Source of the DNA: an uncultured Candidatus Binatia bacterium
GTDB lineage: Bacteria; Desulfobacterota; Binatia; Bin18
Direction: 5' to 3'
Assembly: GCA_965200965.1 (NCBI GenBank)
Contig: OZ241744.1
Location: 3,556,517-3,620,516, forward strand
DNA length: 64,000 bases
Program-made: the position numbers and the translations under genes
Shown here: piece after piece, positions 10,046 through 18,270 of the stretch
Layout: the number at the start of each line of letters is the position of its first letter
Numbering within the stretch: position 1 is the stretch's first letter
The notes under the pieces: model-generated
The model's input: only the letters and a program-made list of their open reading frames with translations
Told to the model about the DNA's origin: nothing
The model's database searches: none

Positions 10046-10715
10046 TCAGGATTGCAGCGGGCGAAGACGGCCTTCTGCCTGCTCGTCTCGGACCCACTGC
10101 CTGATTTTCCGAAGTCAGCTTGCCCGTCTCAGGGTCTGGCCCGCCTCAACAAGTTCAGCGAGAACAGTTGCGGTAAGCCGTGGGTGTCGCTGGCCTCATA
10201 TTCTCCGTCGGTCAACTTCAACAAACTCACCTGCCTCCCGTCATAACGCCACACCTCCGGGACGCCGACCGCGGCATAGATAGGGAGTTTATTGAGGGAA
10301 GGACTGCTGGTGTCGATTTCAATCACGAGCTCGGGTGGCGGGTCAGTGGCAAGATCACCGTCTTCCCTGCGCCGGATATGGTCGGCTTTGGCAATGTAGA
10401 AACAGGCGTCGGGATCAAAGCCGCGTACAATGTCTGCCCGGCGGAATGTGGTTGAACCCACGCCCTCAATGTCGATATCAAGCTCGGCCGCAGGAACTCA
10501 ACCAAGGTCTCAAGAATATGCTTGAGTTTTTCATGGCGTAAAGGCACAACCATAATCTCCAGCACCCCCTGATCGTAAGTGCAATGCGCGGCGTGGCTGT
10601 TGCTGAAATCGGCGAGCAGCCTTTCATAGGTTGCCCAGCTCACGCCAAGTAAGATGAAGCGCCGGTCCGCAGCCGGCGCTGAGGGTGAGGAGGGAAGGGA
10701 CATTTGGGCGTTCAT
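10046..10715 (-). pseudogene. Uma2 family endonuclease, disrupted
   Basis: GVSWATYE...GVLEIM in one frame; GSTTFRR...PDACFYI...PELVIEID...GVPEVWRYDG in another (shift near 10490). The C-terminus is frameshifted again and has an in-frame TGA (RRAS*LRKIRQWVR). Confidence 0.8.
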
Positions 10716-10823
10716 GGCATCGCTCTGACGCCGATGTGTGTCTTTCACCTGGACAGACTATAGCCACTAGTGAAGGCAATATTGTCGCTTGTCTACCGTC
10801 TGCATCAACAAGGAGGGTCACCC

Positions 10824-12353
10824 ATGACTGCCGTACAGATTTCCAAATCAAAACAGGTCCGGGCCCGGCTGAGTCATTCCGTTATCGACTCCGACGGCCA
10901 TACCGTAGAGTTTGAACCCGCGGTGATGGACACCCTGCGCGAGCTCGGCGGGCCGGGCATTGTTGAGCGCTACAAGGTCAAACGCACCGAGGGGCCGACC
11001 GCCTCGCTGGGCGGAATGCTGAACTGGCACAGGCTGTCGCCTGCGGAGCGGCAGACCCAACGCCTGACCGTTCCGCCCTGGTGGGCGCTGCCGGCCGCAA
11101 ACACACTTGACCGGGCAACCTCAATGCTGCCCAAACTGCTCTACGGACGCCTGGACGACATGGGCATTGACGTGTCCATCCTGTATCCGACCTTCGGGCT
11201 TCTGGCCCCGCACCTCGACGATCAGGAGATTCGCCTGGCCGCCTGTCGGGCCTTCAACACCTACCACGCCGATATTTTCAAAGAATACGCCGACCGGCTG
11301 ATCCCGGTAGCGGTGATTCCGATGCACACCCCGGACGAGGCGCTTGCCGAACTCGACCATGCGGTTGGCCAGCTCGGCATGAAGGCGGTCATGCTGGCCG
11401 GCCATGTGCTCCGTCCGGTCCCTGCCGCAGAGGCCGTGTCCTCAGAAGCCGCCCGCTACAGTTATTGGCTGGATACCTTTTGTCTGGACAGTGACTACGA
11501 CTATGACCCAGTGTGGGCCAAGTGCGTTGAACTGAAGGTCGCCCCGACCTTTCACTCCGCGGCGATGGGCTGGGGCAGCCGCACCTCGACCTCAACCTGT
11601 ATGTATAACCACATCGGCCATTTTGCCGAGGCCGGCGAGGCGATGTGCAAAGCCCTGTTCTTTGGCGGCGTGACCCGGCGCTTCCCCAGCCTGAAGTTTG
11701 CCTTTCTGGAGGGCGGGGTGAGCACCGGGGCGCGGCTGTACGCCGACTTGGTCGCTCGCTGGCACAAGCGCAACCCCGAGGCGATTGAGAACTACAATCC
11801 GGCCAACCTGAACCCCGAGATGTTGCTTGATCTGTGCCGGAAGTACGGCGGCAGGGTCACCGAGGGCCGGCTGCAACACCTCAGCAACGCCAGCGGGGCA
11901 ACGATCAACACCCGGGCCGCCCCGGACATCAAGAACGACTTCCACCGCACCGGCATCGAAAAAGCTGAAGATATCAGAGACCTGTTTATTCCCCACTTCT
12001 AATTCGGGTGCGAGGCCGATGATCCCATGAACGCCACCGGCTTTAACACCAGGGCAAATCCGTTCGGCGAGCAGGTCCGCTCGGTCTACAGTTCCGATAT
12101 TGGCCACTGGGACGTGCCCGACATGACCGAGGTGACGGAAGAGGCGTATGAGCTAGTCAAACACGGGATACTGAGCGAAGAGAACTTCCGCGACTTTGTG
12201 TTCACCAACCCGGCCGCCCTGTGGGCGGGCATGAACCCGGACTTCTTCACCGGCACGGTAGTCAAAAAGAGGTTGGTCGGCTCTTGGCCGAGGCCGTCCA
12301 CCAGCCTCGCGGGGCGGGGGAGCGCAGGAGGAATCTGGAACCGGCCACTGTGA
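10824..12353 (+). pseudogene. Amidohydrolase family 2 protein with premature stop
   Basis: IDSDGH and AFLEGG motifs; TAA at 12000-12002 interrupts PHF*FGCEADDP, then the frame continues to YSSDIGHWDV; probable further frameshift near 12262. Confidence 0.8.
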
Positions 12354-12421
12354 CAGCCGCCCTCAAGACGGCCCGCGACTGAACACGGCCCCTCCCCATC
12401 AAGGGGGGCGGGAAGGGACCG

Positions 12422-12709
12422 CTAGACGCCTTCAACCACGATCATCTGGGCGCGCGAGGCGCTCTGACGCAGTGCCTTGGGTTCACGGTATTCGTCGGAG
12501 TTCCACCACGCTTTAGCCTGTTCGACACTCTCAAATTCGAGCACAACCACCCGGCTAGGCTGCCAGTCGCCCTCCAGCGTTTCGGCTTGGCCGCCACGCA
12601 CAATGAACTTGCCGCCATACGCCTCGACCGTTGCCGGGACGAGCCTGGTATAGCCCTGGTAGGTCTCAGGATCGGTCACGCTGACATCAACAATGATATA
12701 GGCTGACAT
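12422..12709 (-). CDS. DUF1330 domain protein
   Basis: YGGKFIVRGG...LEGDW...VVLEFESVEQAKAWWNSDEY. Confidence 0.9.
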   Translation of the reverse strand: MSAYIIVDVSVTDPETYQGYTRLVPATVEAYGGKFIVRGGQAETLEGDWQPSRVVVLEFESVEQAKAWWNSDEYREPKALRQSASRAQMIVVEGV

Positions 12710-12850
12710 CGCTCTCCTCCTTGGGAACTCCCCGCCCGCGCCGGAATGCTCTACTCCTTCCTATCTGCGCACTTCACCAAATGCAATCGGGCTGGCGTTT
12801 CGGGGGAGCCTCGGCTACAGCCGCGTGTATGACAAGAGGGGGAGACGCTC

Positions 12851-13326
12851 ATGGCCCGACAGCACGGCTTGCTCTCTGAGCCGACGCCGGCCAGCGCAGC
12901 CGGCATTCCCGCCGCCCACCGGCGGTATGCCCTGCTCATCCTGCTGATGGTCCCGTTTGGCTTCGCCACCTACCTGACGCCGGCCACCCGCCTGGCGCTG
13001 GCCGCCTTCATTGTGCCGGCCTTTGTCGGGGGGGTGTTTATCGCGCCCAGTTTTGCCCTGAATCAGGGCTTGGTCGGTGCGTATGCGGTCGGTGGCTTCG
13101 GCCCTGCTGCTGTTCATCCTGAACAGCAGCGGCCTGGGATTTGGGCCACAAACGATAGGCGTGGTCAGCGATCTGCTCCGGGCCCCGGTATGGCGTTAAG
13201 TCCTTGCGGTATGCCCTGGTGGGGGTGTCGTTGCTCAACGTCTGGGCGGCGTTTCATTACTTCATGGCCGGGCGGACGCTGCCGGCCGACTTGGCCCGGG
13301 CCAAGGCCGCGGAGGCGGCTGACTGA
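12851..13326 (+). pseudogene. Spinster-like MFS transporter remnant (internal deletion plus frameshifts)
   Basis: N-terminal RRYALLILL is joined directly to last-helix segments (FALNQGLV, RMRSVASALLLFILN, GLGFGPQTIGVVSDLL, SLRYAL, HYFMAGRTLPADL) spread over different frames. Confidence 0.7.
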
Positions 13327-13335
13327 CCGGGGACG

Positions 13336-14208
13336 TTATCCGTCCTGCTGTGAGGGGGGAGAAGCGGTGTCTGCCAGCCGCCGCTGTATCGAGCGGTACA
13401 TCCGCCGGCTCAGCCACAGCATGAACCTTGGGGACAGGCGGTTCAGCCACCACAGCAGCTTCCAGCCGCCCGGGACGATAATGATAGCCGCATTGCGGGC
13501 CACCGCGCTAAGCGCCTGCCGGGCAAACTCGGCCGGGTCCAGGGGCCGGGGCCACCTGACCAAGCTGTCTTGCTGCTCGGGCGACAGGCGCATGAGGTCT
13601 TTGCCATAGTGTCCGCCCCCGCGCAGAATCGGGGTCTGGATCAGGCCCGGACACAGGACGCTGACCCGTACCCCGGTCTCCGCGGCTTCGATGCGCAGCG
13701 AGGTCGAGAGGCCGACCACCGCGTGTTTGGTGACGGCATAGCTGACGGCCAGCGGGGCGGGACACAGGCCGGCCATTGAGGCGGTATTGACGATATGCCC
13801 GTAGCCCTGTCGCAGCATCAGCGGATAGGCGGCCTGGACGCCGTTGATCACGCCGTGCAGGTTGACCTCAAGCACCAGCCGCCAGTCCTCAGGCTGGTAC
13901 AGGCGGGCTTCGCCGCCGACGGCCAGCCCGGCATTATTGAAGATGTAGTCCACACGTCCGTGGGTCTGGACGGTGTCCCGGAGCAGCCGCTCAACCGCGG
14001 CGAAGTCGGTGACATCGACCTCAACCGCGTCGGCCGTCCCCCCGCCGGCGGTGATGCCCGCGGCCACTTCATGGGCCAGCCCAATCTGCCGGTCGGCCAG
14101 CACGATATGCGCGCCGCGCCGGACCAACTCTTCGGATACGGCCCGGCCAATGCCCGAGGCCGCGCCGGTGACAATGGCGACGCCGGCCTGAAAGGTGCGC
14201 AGTGGCAT
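13336..14208 (-). CDS. Short-chain dehydrogenase/reductase
   Basis: TGAASGIG, NNAG, YAVTK; ATG overlaps the upstream TGA. Confidence 0.9.
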   Translation of the reverse strand: MPLRTFQAGVAIVTGAASGIGRAVSEELVRRGAHIVLADRQIGLAHEVAAGITAGGGTADAVEVDVTDFAAVERLLRDTVQTHGRVDYIFNNAGLAVGGEARLYQPEDWRLVLEVNLHGVINGVQAAYPLMLRQGYGHIVNTASMAGLCPAPLAVSYAVTKHAVVGLSTSLRIEAAETGVRVSVLCPGLIQTPILRGGGHYGKDLMRLSPEQQDSLVRWPRPLDPAEFARQALSAVARNAAIIIVPGGWKLLWWLNRLSPRFMLWLSRRMYRSIQRRLADTASPPSQQDG

Positions 14209-14708
14209 CAGATCAGAAAAGTCAGGTTGGGCAAGGGTTCTGCCGCGTTGACCAGCAACACCTGCTTCCAGAACATCTTGAGTTCGCCGTTGACCCAGCG
14301 CAGCTTGTGGATCGTCCGCCCGCCCCACTGGCGCAGCTCGTGTCTGGCCTGGACGGATAGCTCTAACAACAGGAAGTTTGAGCCGACGATACACTCGCCG
14401 GCGTCGGTCTTTTCGACCTCGATGTTCGAGATCAGCCGGCGCATGACCGAGGCCGGCTCCTGGCTATAGCGGAAGCCGCTTTGGAGGAGCTTGATGCGCG
14501 TCGCAATCCGGGATCGGTTGTCGTAGATGTGCGACATCTGGCATCTGGGGTCGGTGTCGCCGCGTGGCTGGGCCGGCACCCAATAGGTGGCGTCGTCCTC
14601 CCACAGGGCTTCCCATTCGGCGTAGCAGGCCTCATCGGCCAGCCGCGCTTCCTTGTAGAGAAAAGCCTCAACCGCACGATAGTCGGTGTCTGACAGCATG
14701 GGGTTCAC
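14208..14708 (-). CDS. Aromatic ring-hydroxylating dioxygenase beta subunit
   Basis: FLYKEARLADE...YWVP...RRLISN; coupled to the alpha subunit. Confidence 0.9.
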   Translation of the reverse strand: MNPMLSDTDYRAVEAFLYKEARLADEACYAEWEALWEDDATYWVPAQPRGDTDPRCQMSHIYDNRSRIATRIKLLQSGFRYSQEPASVMRRLISNIEVEKTDAGECIVGSNFLLLELSVQARHELRQWGGRTIHKLRWVNGELKMFWKQVLLVNAAEPLPNLTFLI

Positions 14709-15979
14709 CGGCTCATCACCGCGCGGTAGTGTTTCCAGAAGGCGCGGTTGGTGACCTCATCGGTGACGTGGGCCACGATCCGCCCCTGCTCGTCACGGTG
14801 TTCGCGGTGCTGGCCGCGGCTCAACTCCAGCCACTCGGGCTGGCGGGCGTACAGGCCGGCCTGGTTGCGGCTGGCAATGGTGATGTCCTCGGGCAGCAGA
14901 AAGGAGGCCGGGCCCATAGCCGCTTCGCTCTGGCGCAGCAGCCGGGCGTTCAGCTCTGGTGCGCCCTTGAGAAACATGGGCGTATGCCACTGGATCGATT
15001 CCTCGGCGCTGAGCGGATAGAACAGGGCGATGTTCATCTCGGCCAGGAACAGGTTGGGGAAGATCAGGGCGTGGGGCGGGCCTTCAAACACCCGTCGCTG
15101 GGCTTCGGCCTTGCCGCACCTGTGCTCCAGGGCCGACAGGTAGGCGGCGTATTTGTCAGGAGCGGCACCAAACCACTCAAACGGTTTTTGGTAGCCCAGC
15201 GCCCATTCAATCTCGGTATGGCCGTTGCCCCAGTCGCGCACAATGCCCTTATTGCTGCCCTCGTCGCCGACAAAGCGCTGATAGTGGGAGCCGGCCGCCT
15301 TGAGAATGGCGCTATGCACAAAGCCCAGATGATAGCCGTCGGTATCGTTCTCGGGGATCATCTTCCAGTTTGACTGGTAGCGGTGTTTGATCCAGCCGGC
15401 GCGGAGATCAAGCTCGCCCTCGGGCGACAGGTTACAGGCGCGGTCAATGATCAGGCTGGCGCTGCCCAGGTGCTCGGCCAGCGACGGGCCGTGGAGGCTC
15501 AGGCTGGCGAACACAAAGCCCCGGTAGCTGTCGCAGCGAGCGACCCGCGACAGGCCATAGTCGGCCTTGTTGAAGTCCGGGCCATAGGCCCCGGGGTAGG
15601 GCACACCGGTCAGCCTGCCGCTCAGGTTATACGTCCAGCCGTGGTAGGGGCAGGTAAACGCCCGGGCGTTGCCCGAGTCTGCCGGGCAGACCATGGTGCC
15701 GCGGTGGGCGCAGCGGTTGAGAAAGACCGACACGGCGGCGGCTTTGTCACGGACCATGAGCACCGGTTGGCGGCCGATCTGACGGGTCACATAGTCGCCC
15801 GGCTGGGGGATCTCGCTCTCGTGGCCGACAAACACCCACACCCGGTAGAAGATTTTTTCGAGTTCCTGCTCAAAGATGTGCGGGTCGGTGTAGAGCGAGG
15901 CGTGAACTTTGTCGTCGTGAACCAGGGTCTCAACGACCGGTGTCTCAAACTGGCTTCCGTTGTGTGTGGCCTGCTGCAT
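14705..15979 (-). CDS. Rieske aromatic ring-hydroxylating dioxygenase alpha subunit
   Basis: NRCAHRG and CPYHGW Rieske ligands; ENDTDGYHLGFVH mononuclear Fe site. Confidence 0.93.
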   Translation of the reverse strand: MQQATHNGSQFETPVVETLVHDDKVHASLYTDPHIFEQELEKIFYRVWVFVGHESEIPQPGDYVTRQIGRQPVLMVRDKAAAVSVFLNRCAHRGTMVCPADSGNARAFTCPYHGWTYNLSGRLTGVPYPGAYGPDFNKADYGLSRVARCDSYRGFVFASLSLHGPSLAEHLGSASLIIDRACNLSPEGELDLRAGWIKHRYQSNWKMIPENDTDGYHLGFVHSAILKAAGSHYQRFVGDEGSNKGIVRDWGNGHTEIEWALGYQKPFEWFGAAPDKYAAYLSALEHRCGKAEAQRRVFEGPPHALIFPNLFLAEMNIALFYPLSAEESIQWHTPMFLKGAPELNARLLRQSEAAMGPASFLLPEDITIASRNQAGLYARQPEWLELSRGQHREHRDEQGRIVAHVTDEVTNRAFWKHYRAVMSR

Positions 15980-16107
15980 GGGCGGTCTCCTTGTGCTATG
16001 TGGCGGGCTACTGGCCGGCCCCCCGCGCCTGTCTGCTGCTCTGGCAAGCAGCCTAGCACACTCGGCGAGCAGGACCTAGCCGCCCGGCGGGCGTTTTTCC
16101 CTCACAT

Positions 16108-16143
16108 GCAGGGCAGGTCGGCGTAGCCGCGCGTAAGCCGACA
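16108..16143 (+). repeat. REP-like hairpin (left flank of the defence islet)
   Basis: gcagggcaggtcggcgtagccgcgcgtaagccgaca, with gtcggc...gccgac arms; similar to 19750-19790. Confidence 0.6.
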
Positions 16144-16198
16144 GGACGCTTGACCATATATTGAGCAGGTGTGTAGCCTGGCATTCGGAGTAAAGATG

Positions 16199-16552
16199 AT
16201 GCACATCACTGAGGCGTTGATTGCCCGGATGGTGCGGGTCATTGTGGCCGAGGTAGACCCCGAGCAGGTGATGCTGTTCGGCTCCCGGGCCCGGGGCGAG
16301 GCGCGGGCGGATTCGGATGTGGACCTGATCGTTGTCGAGGCCGAACCCTTTGGGCCGGGCCGCAGCCGCCGCAAGGAGTTGACCCGCGTCAGCCTGGCGT
16401 TGTTCGATTTCGAGATCCCTGTTGACGTTCTGCTCTACAGCCGCGACGAAATAGACTATTGGCACAATTCCCCCAACCATGTGATTGCCCGTGCCCTGCG
16501 GGAAGGCAAGCTGCTGTATGAGCGACCTGAAACAGGCCAGAATGCTGCTTGA
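16199..16552 (+). CDS. Minimal nucleotidyltransferase (MNT antitoxin), copy 1
   Basis: LFGSRARGEARADSDVDL (GSx10DxD) and ALREGKLLYE. Confidence 0.88.
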   Translation: MHITEALIARMVRVIVAEVDPEQVMLFGSRARGEARADSDVDLIVVEAEPFGPGRSRRKELTRVSLALFDFEIPVDVLLYSRDEIDYWHNSPNHVIARALREGKLLYERPETGQNAA

Positions 16553-16654
16553 GGCCGCTGGACGGGACCTTTCGACCGTGAAGCCGCTCTGGACTTGGCG
16601 CAGTCATTATTTGACCGTGTGCAACGCCTCTTGGGCGAGACGGAAGGAACCTGA
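16518..16654 (+). pseudogene. HEPN toxin remnant with internal deletion
   Basis: ATG overlaps the MNT 3' end; MSDLKQARMLLEAAGRDL is followed out of frame by a C-terminal helix, DREAALDLAQSLFDRVQRLL; the core is missing. Confidence 0.6.
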
Positions 16655-16659
16655 GCGGG

Positions 16660-17022
16660 ATGCACGTCACTGAGGCGTTGATTGCCCAGATGGTGCGGGC
16701 CATTGTGGATGAGGTAGACCCCGAGCAGGTGATGCTGTTTGGCTCCCGGGCCCGGGGCGAGGCGCGGGCGGATTCGGATGTGGACCTGATCGTTGTCGAG
16801 GCCGAACCCTTCGGGCCGAGCCGCAGCCGTCACCGGGAGATGGTCAGGCTCTATCATGCGTTGGCGGGTTTTCGGGTTGGCATTGACGTGCTGGTCTACT
16901 CGCGTGACGATGTGGCGTACTGGCGCGATTCGCTCAACCATGTGTTGGCGCGCGCACTGCGGGAGGGGAAGGTGCTGTATGAGCGACCTCCAAGAAAGAG
17001 CATGGGCAAAAACGTGGCTTGA
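16660..17022 (+). CDS. Minimal nucleotidyltransferase (MNT antitoxin), copy 2
   Basis: Same GSx10DxD motif; the first ~170 bp nearly duplicate copy 1. Confidence 0.88.
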   Translation: MHVTEALIAQMVRAIVDEVDPEQVMLFGSRARGEARADSDVDLIVVEAEPFGPSRSRHREMVRLYHALAGFRVGIDVLVYSRDDVAYWRDSLNHVLARALREGKVLYERPPRKSMGKNVA

Positions 17023-17060
17023 TGCAGGGGTTGCTTACCGGCGAGTGGTGAGTTAGAGTG
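16992..17060 (+). pseudogene. 3' scrap resembling a type I R-M specificity subunit (HsdS)
   Basis: Reads KKEHGQKRGLMQGLLTGEW*VRV, resembling the HsdS terminal motif QKxGLMQxLLTGxxRV. Confidence 0.55.
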
Positions 17061-17188
17061 CGGCTGAGCTTGGCGAGTATAAAGCAGAAAGACGGGTCTC
17101 ATGCGAAGATCTTGGGACGGGTTGCCCCGCTGTAGCCAGTGAATGTATAAATCCACAACCTCCAATAAGACGACCAAAGACGGGGTAG

Positions 17189-18250
17189 ATGAGCTTGAGC
17201 GTATCACAAATTTTTCCAGGAATCGAAACCGGCTTAAACAACATGGGATTCCTTTTCGGTGCGGGTACGTCAAAAGAGGCAGGGTTTCCGCTTATGCAAG
17301 ATATTACCAGGACAGTGGTCGGCAATCTGTCTCGCGTGAATAGAGAAACACTGGACAATCTCCTCAGCCAGGAAAGGTTGAGCTACGACGAGACCACTGG
17401 AGACCCGAACATCGAAATCCTTTCAGATTCTGTAAGGAGGTATTTTGTGGATACACAGAACAATAGCTACAGTGAGCTAGAAAGCGAAATTCGTAGAGCA
17501 ATCGTTGGAACGATTCTCGATGTTAGAAACCCTGATCTGACCTACCATATCCAATTTCTCAAGGCTCTAAAAAAAAGAGCAGGCGGTATGCCGCCTAGTA
17601 CGCCTATTATCACAATCTTTACTACAAATTACGACATTCTTTTTGAGCTTGCTGCTGGAGAAGTGGGAGTTCGGATCGAGACGGGATTCGATGGCCCCTT
17701 GAGTAGATTTTTCAACCCCACAGTTTTCAATCTGCACAGGGGCGAAATAAGTAGTGGTGGAAGGAAGACAACCTTTGAGGAGAGCCACAAATTATGGATC
17801 AATCTCATCAAACTTCACGGCTCGATATCTTGGTTTAAGAAGGGAAATGCAACAATTGAGAGTGGGATTAACCTCCTTGACCAATGTCGATCACGAGAGA
17901 TGATTCTTCCTCGCCGCCAAAAGATCATGGACACCTTAGCCCCGCCTTTCGATTCCTTATTCACTCGCTCTTCGCAGATGCTTGGATCGATCTGTAAGTA
18001 TCTGGCAAGTTGTGGATTCAGTTTCAGTGACCAACATATCAACGATCAATTGATTTTTCCAAAATTGCGGGAAGGAAGGATTCAACTAACCGCGCTTTGT
18101 GGAGAAACTCCCGAATGTTTGAACGATCTAAGACAGTTTGGGGCGTTTTGTGGGGCATTTCCCGATAACTGTTATATTGACGGCAAGGATACAAACAAAG
18201 GAACAGACCTTTGGAAATTCAGCGAATTTGTTCGCCTCTTGGAACCATAA
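17189..18250 (+). CDS. SIR2-like (SIR2_2) NADase, defence-associated
   Basis: FLFGAGTS, FTTNYD, KLHGSISW, GFSFSDQHIN; visibly more AT-rich than the flanks. Confidence 0.88.
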   Translation: MSLSVSQIFPGIETGLNNMGFLFGAGTSKEAGFPLMQDITRTVVGNLSRVNRETLDNLLSQERLSYDETTGDPNIEILSDSVRRYFVDTQNNSYSELESEIRRAIVGTILDVRNPDLTYHIQFLKALKKRAGGMPPSTPIITIFTTNYDILFELAAGEVGVRIETGFDGPLSRFFNPTVFNLHRGEISSGGRKTTFEESHKLWINLIKLHGSISWFKKGNATIESGINLLDQCRSREMILPRRQKIMDTLAPPFDSLFTRSSQMLGSICKYLASCGFSFSDQHINDQLIFPKLREGRIQLTALCGETPECLNDLRQFGAFCGAFPDNCYIDGKDTNKGTDLWKFSEFVRLLEP

Positions 18251-18270
18251 TGACAAAAGGGGTTTGCAAT

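Noticed and set aside
12000-12002. In-frame TAA as possible stop-codon recoding
   Set aside because: TAA ends normal genes in this window (cofC, SIR2, VWA), and the gene has another probable lesion; a nonsense mutation or error is simpler.
16198-16830. Direct repeat as CRISPR array or IS ends
   Set aside because: Only two ~170-bp coding copies from the MNT duplication; no spacers and no transposase.
17050-17140. GTTAGAG as a possible integron attC core
   Set aside because: No matching inverse core or convincing hairpin, and no integrase in the window.
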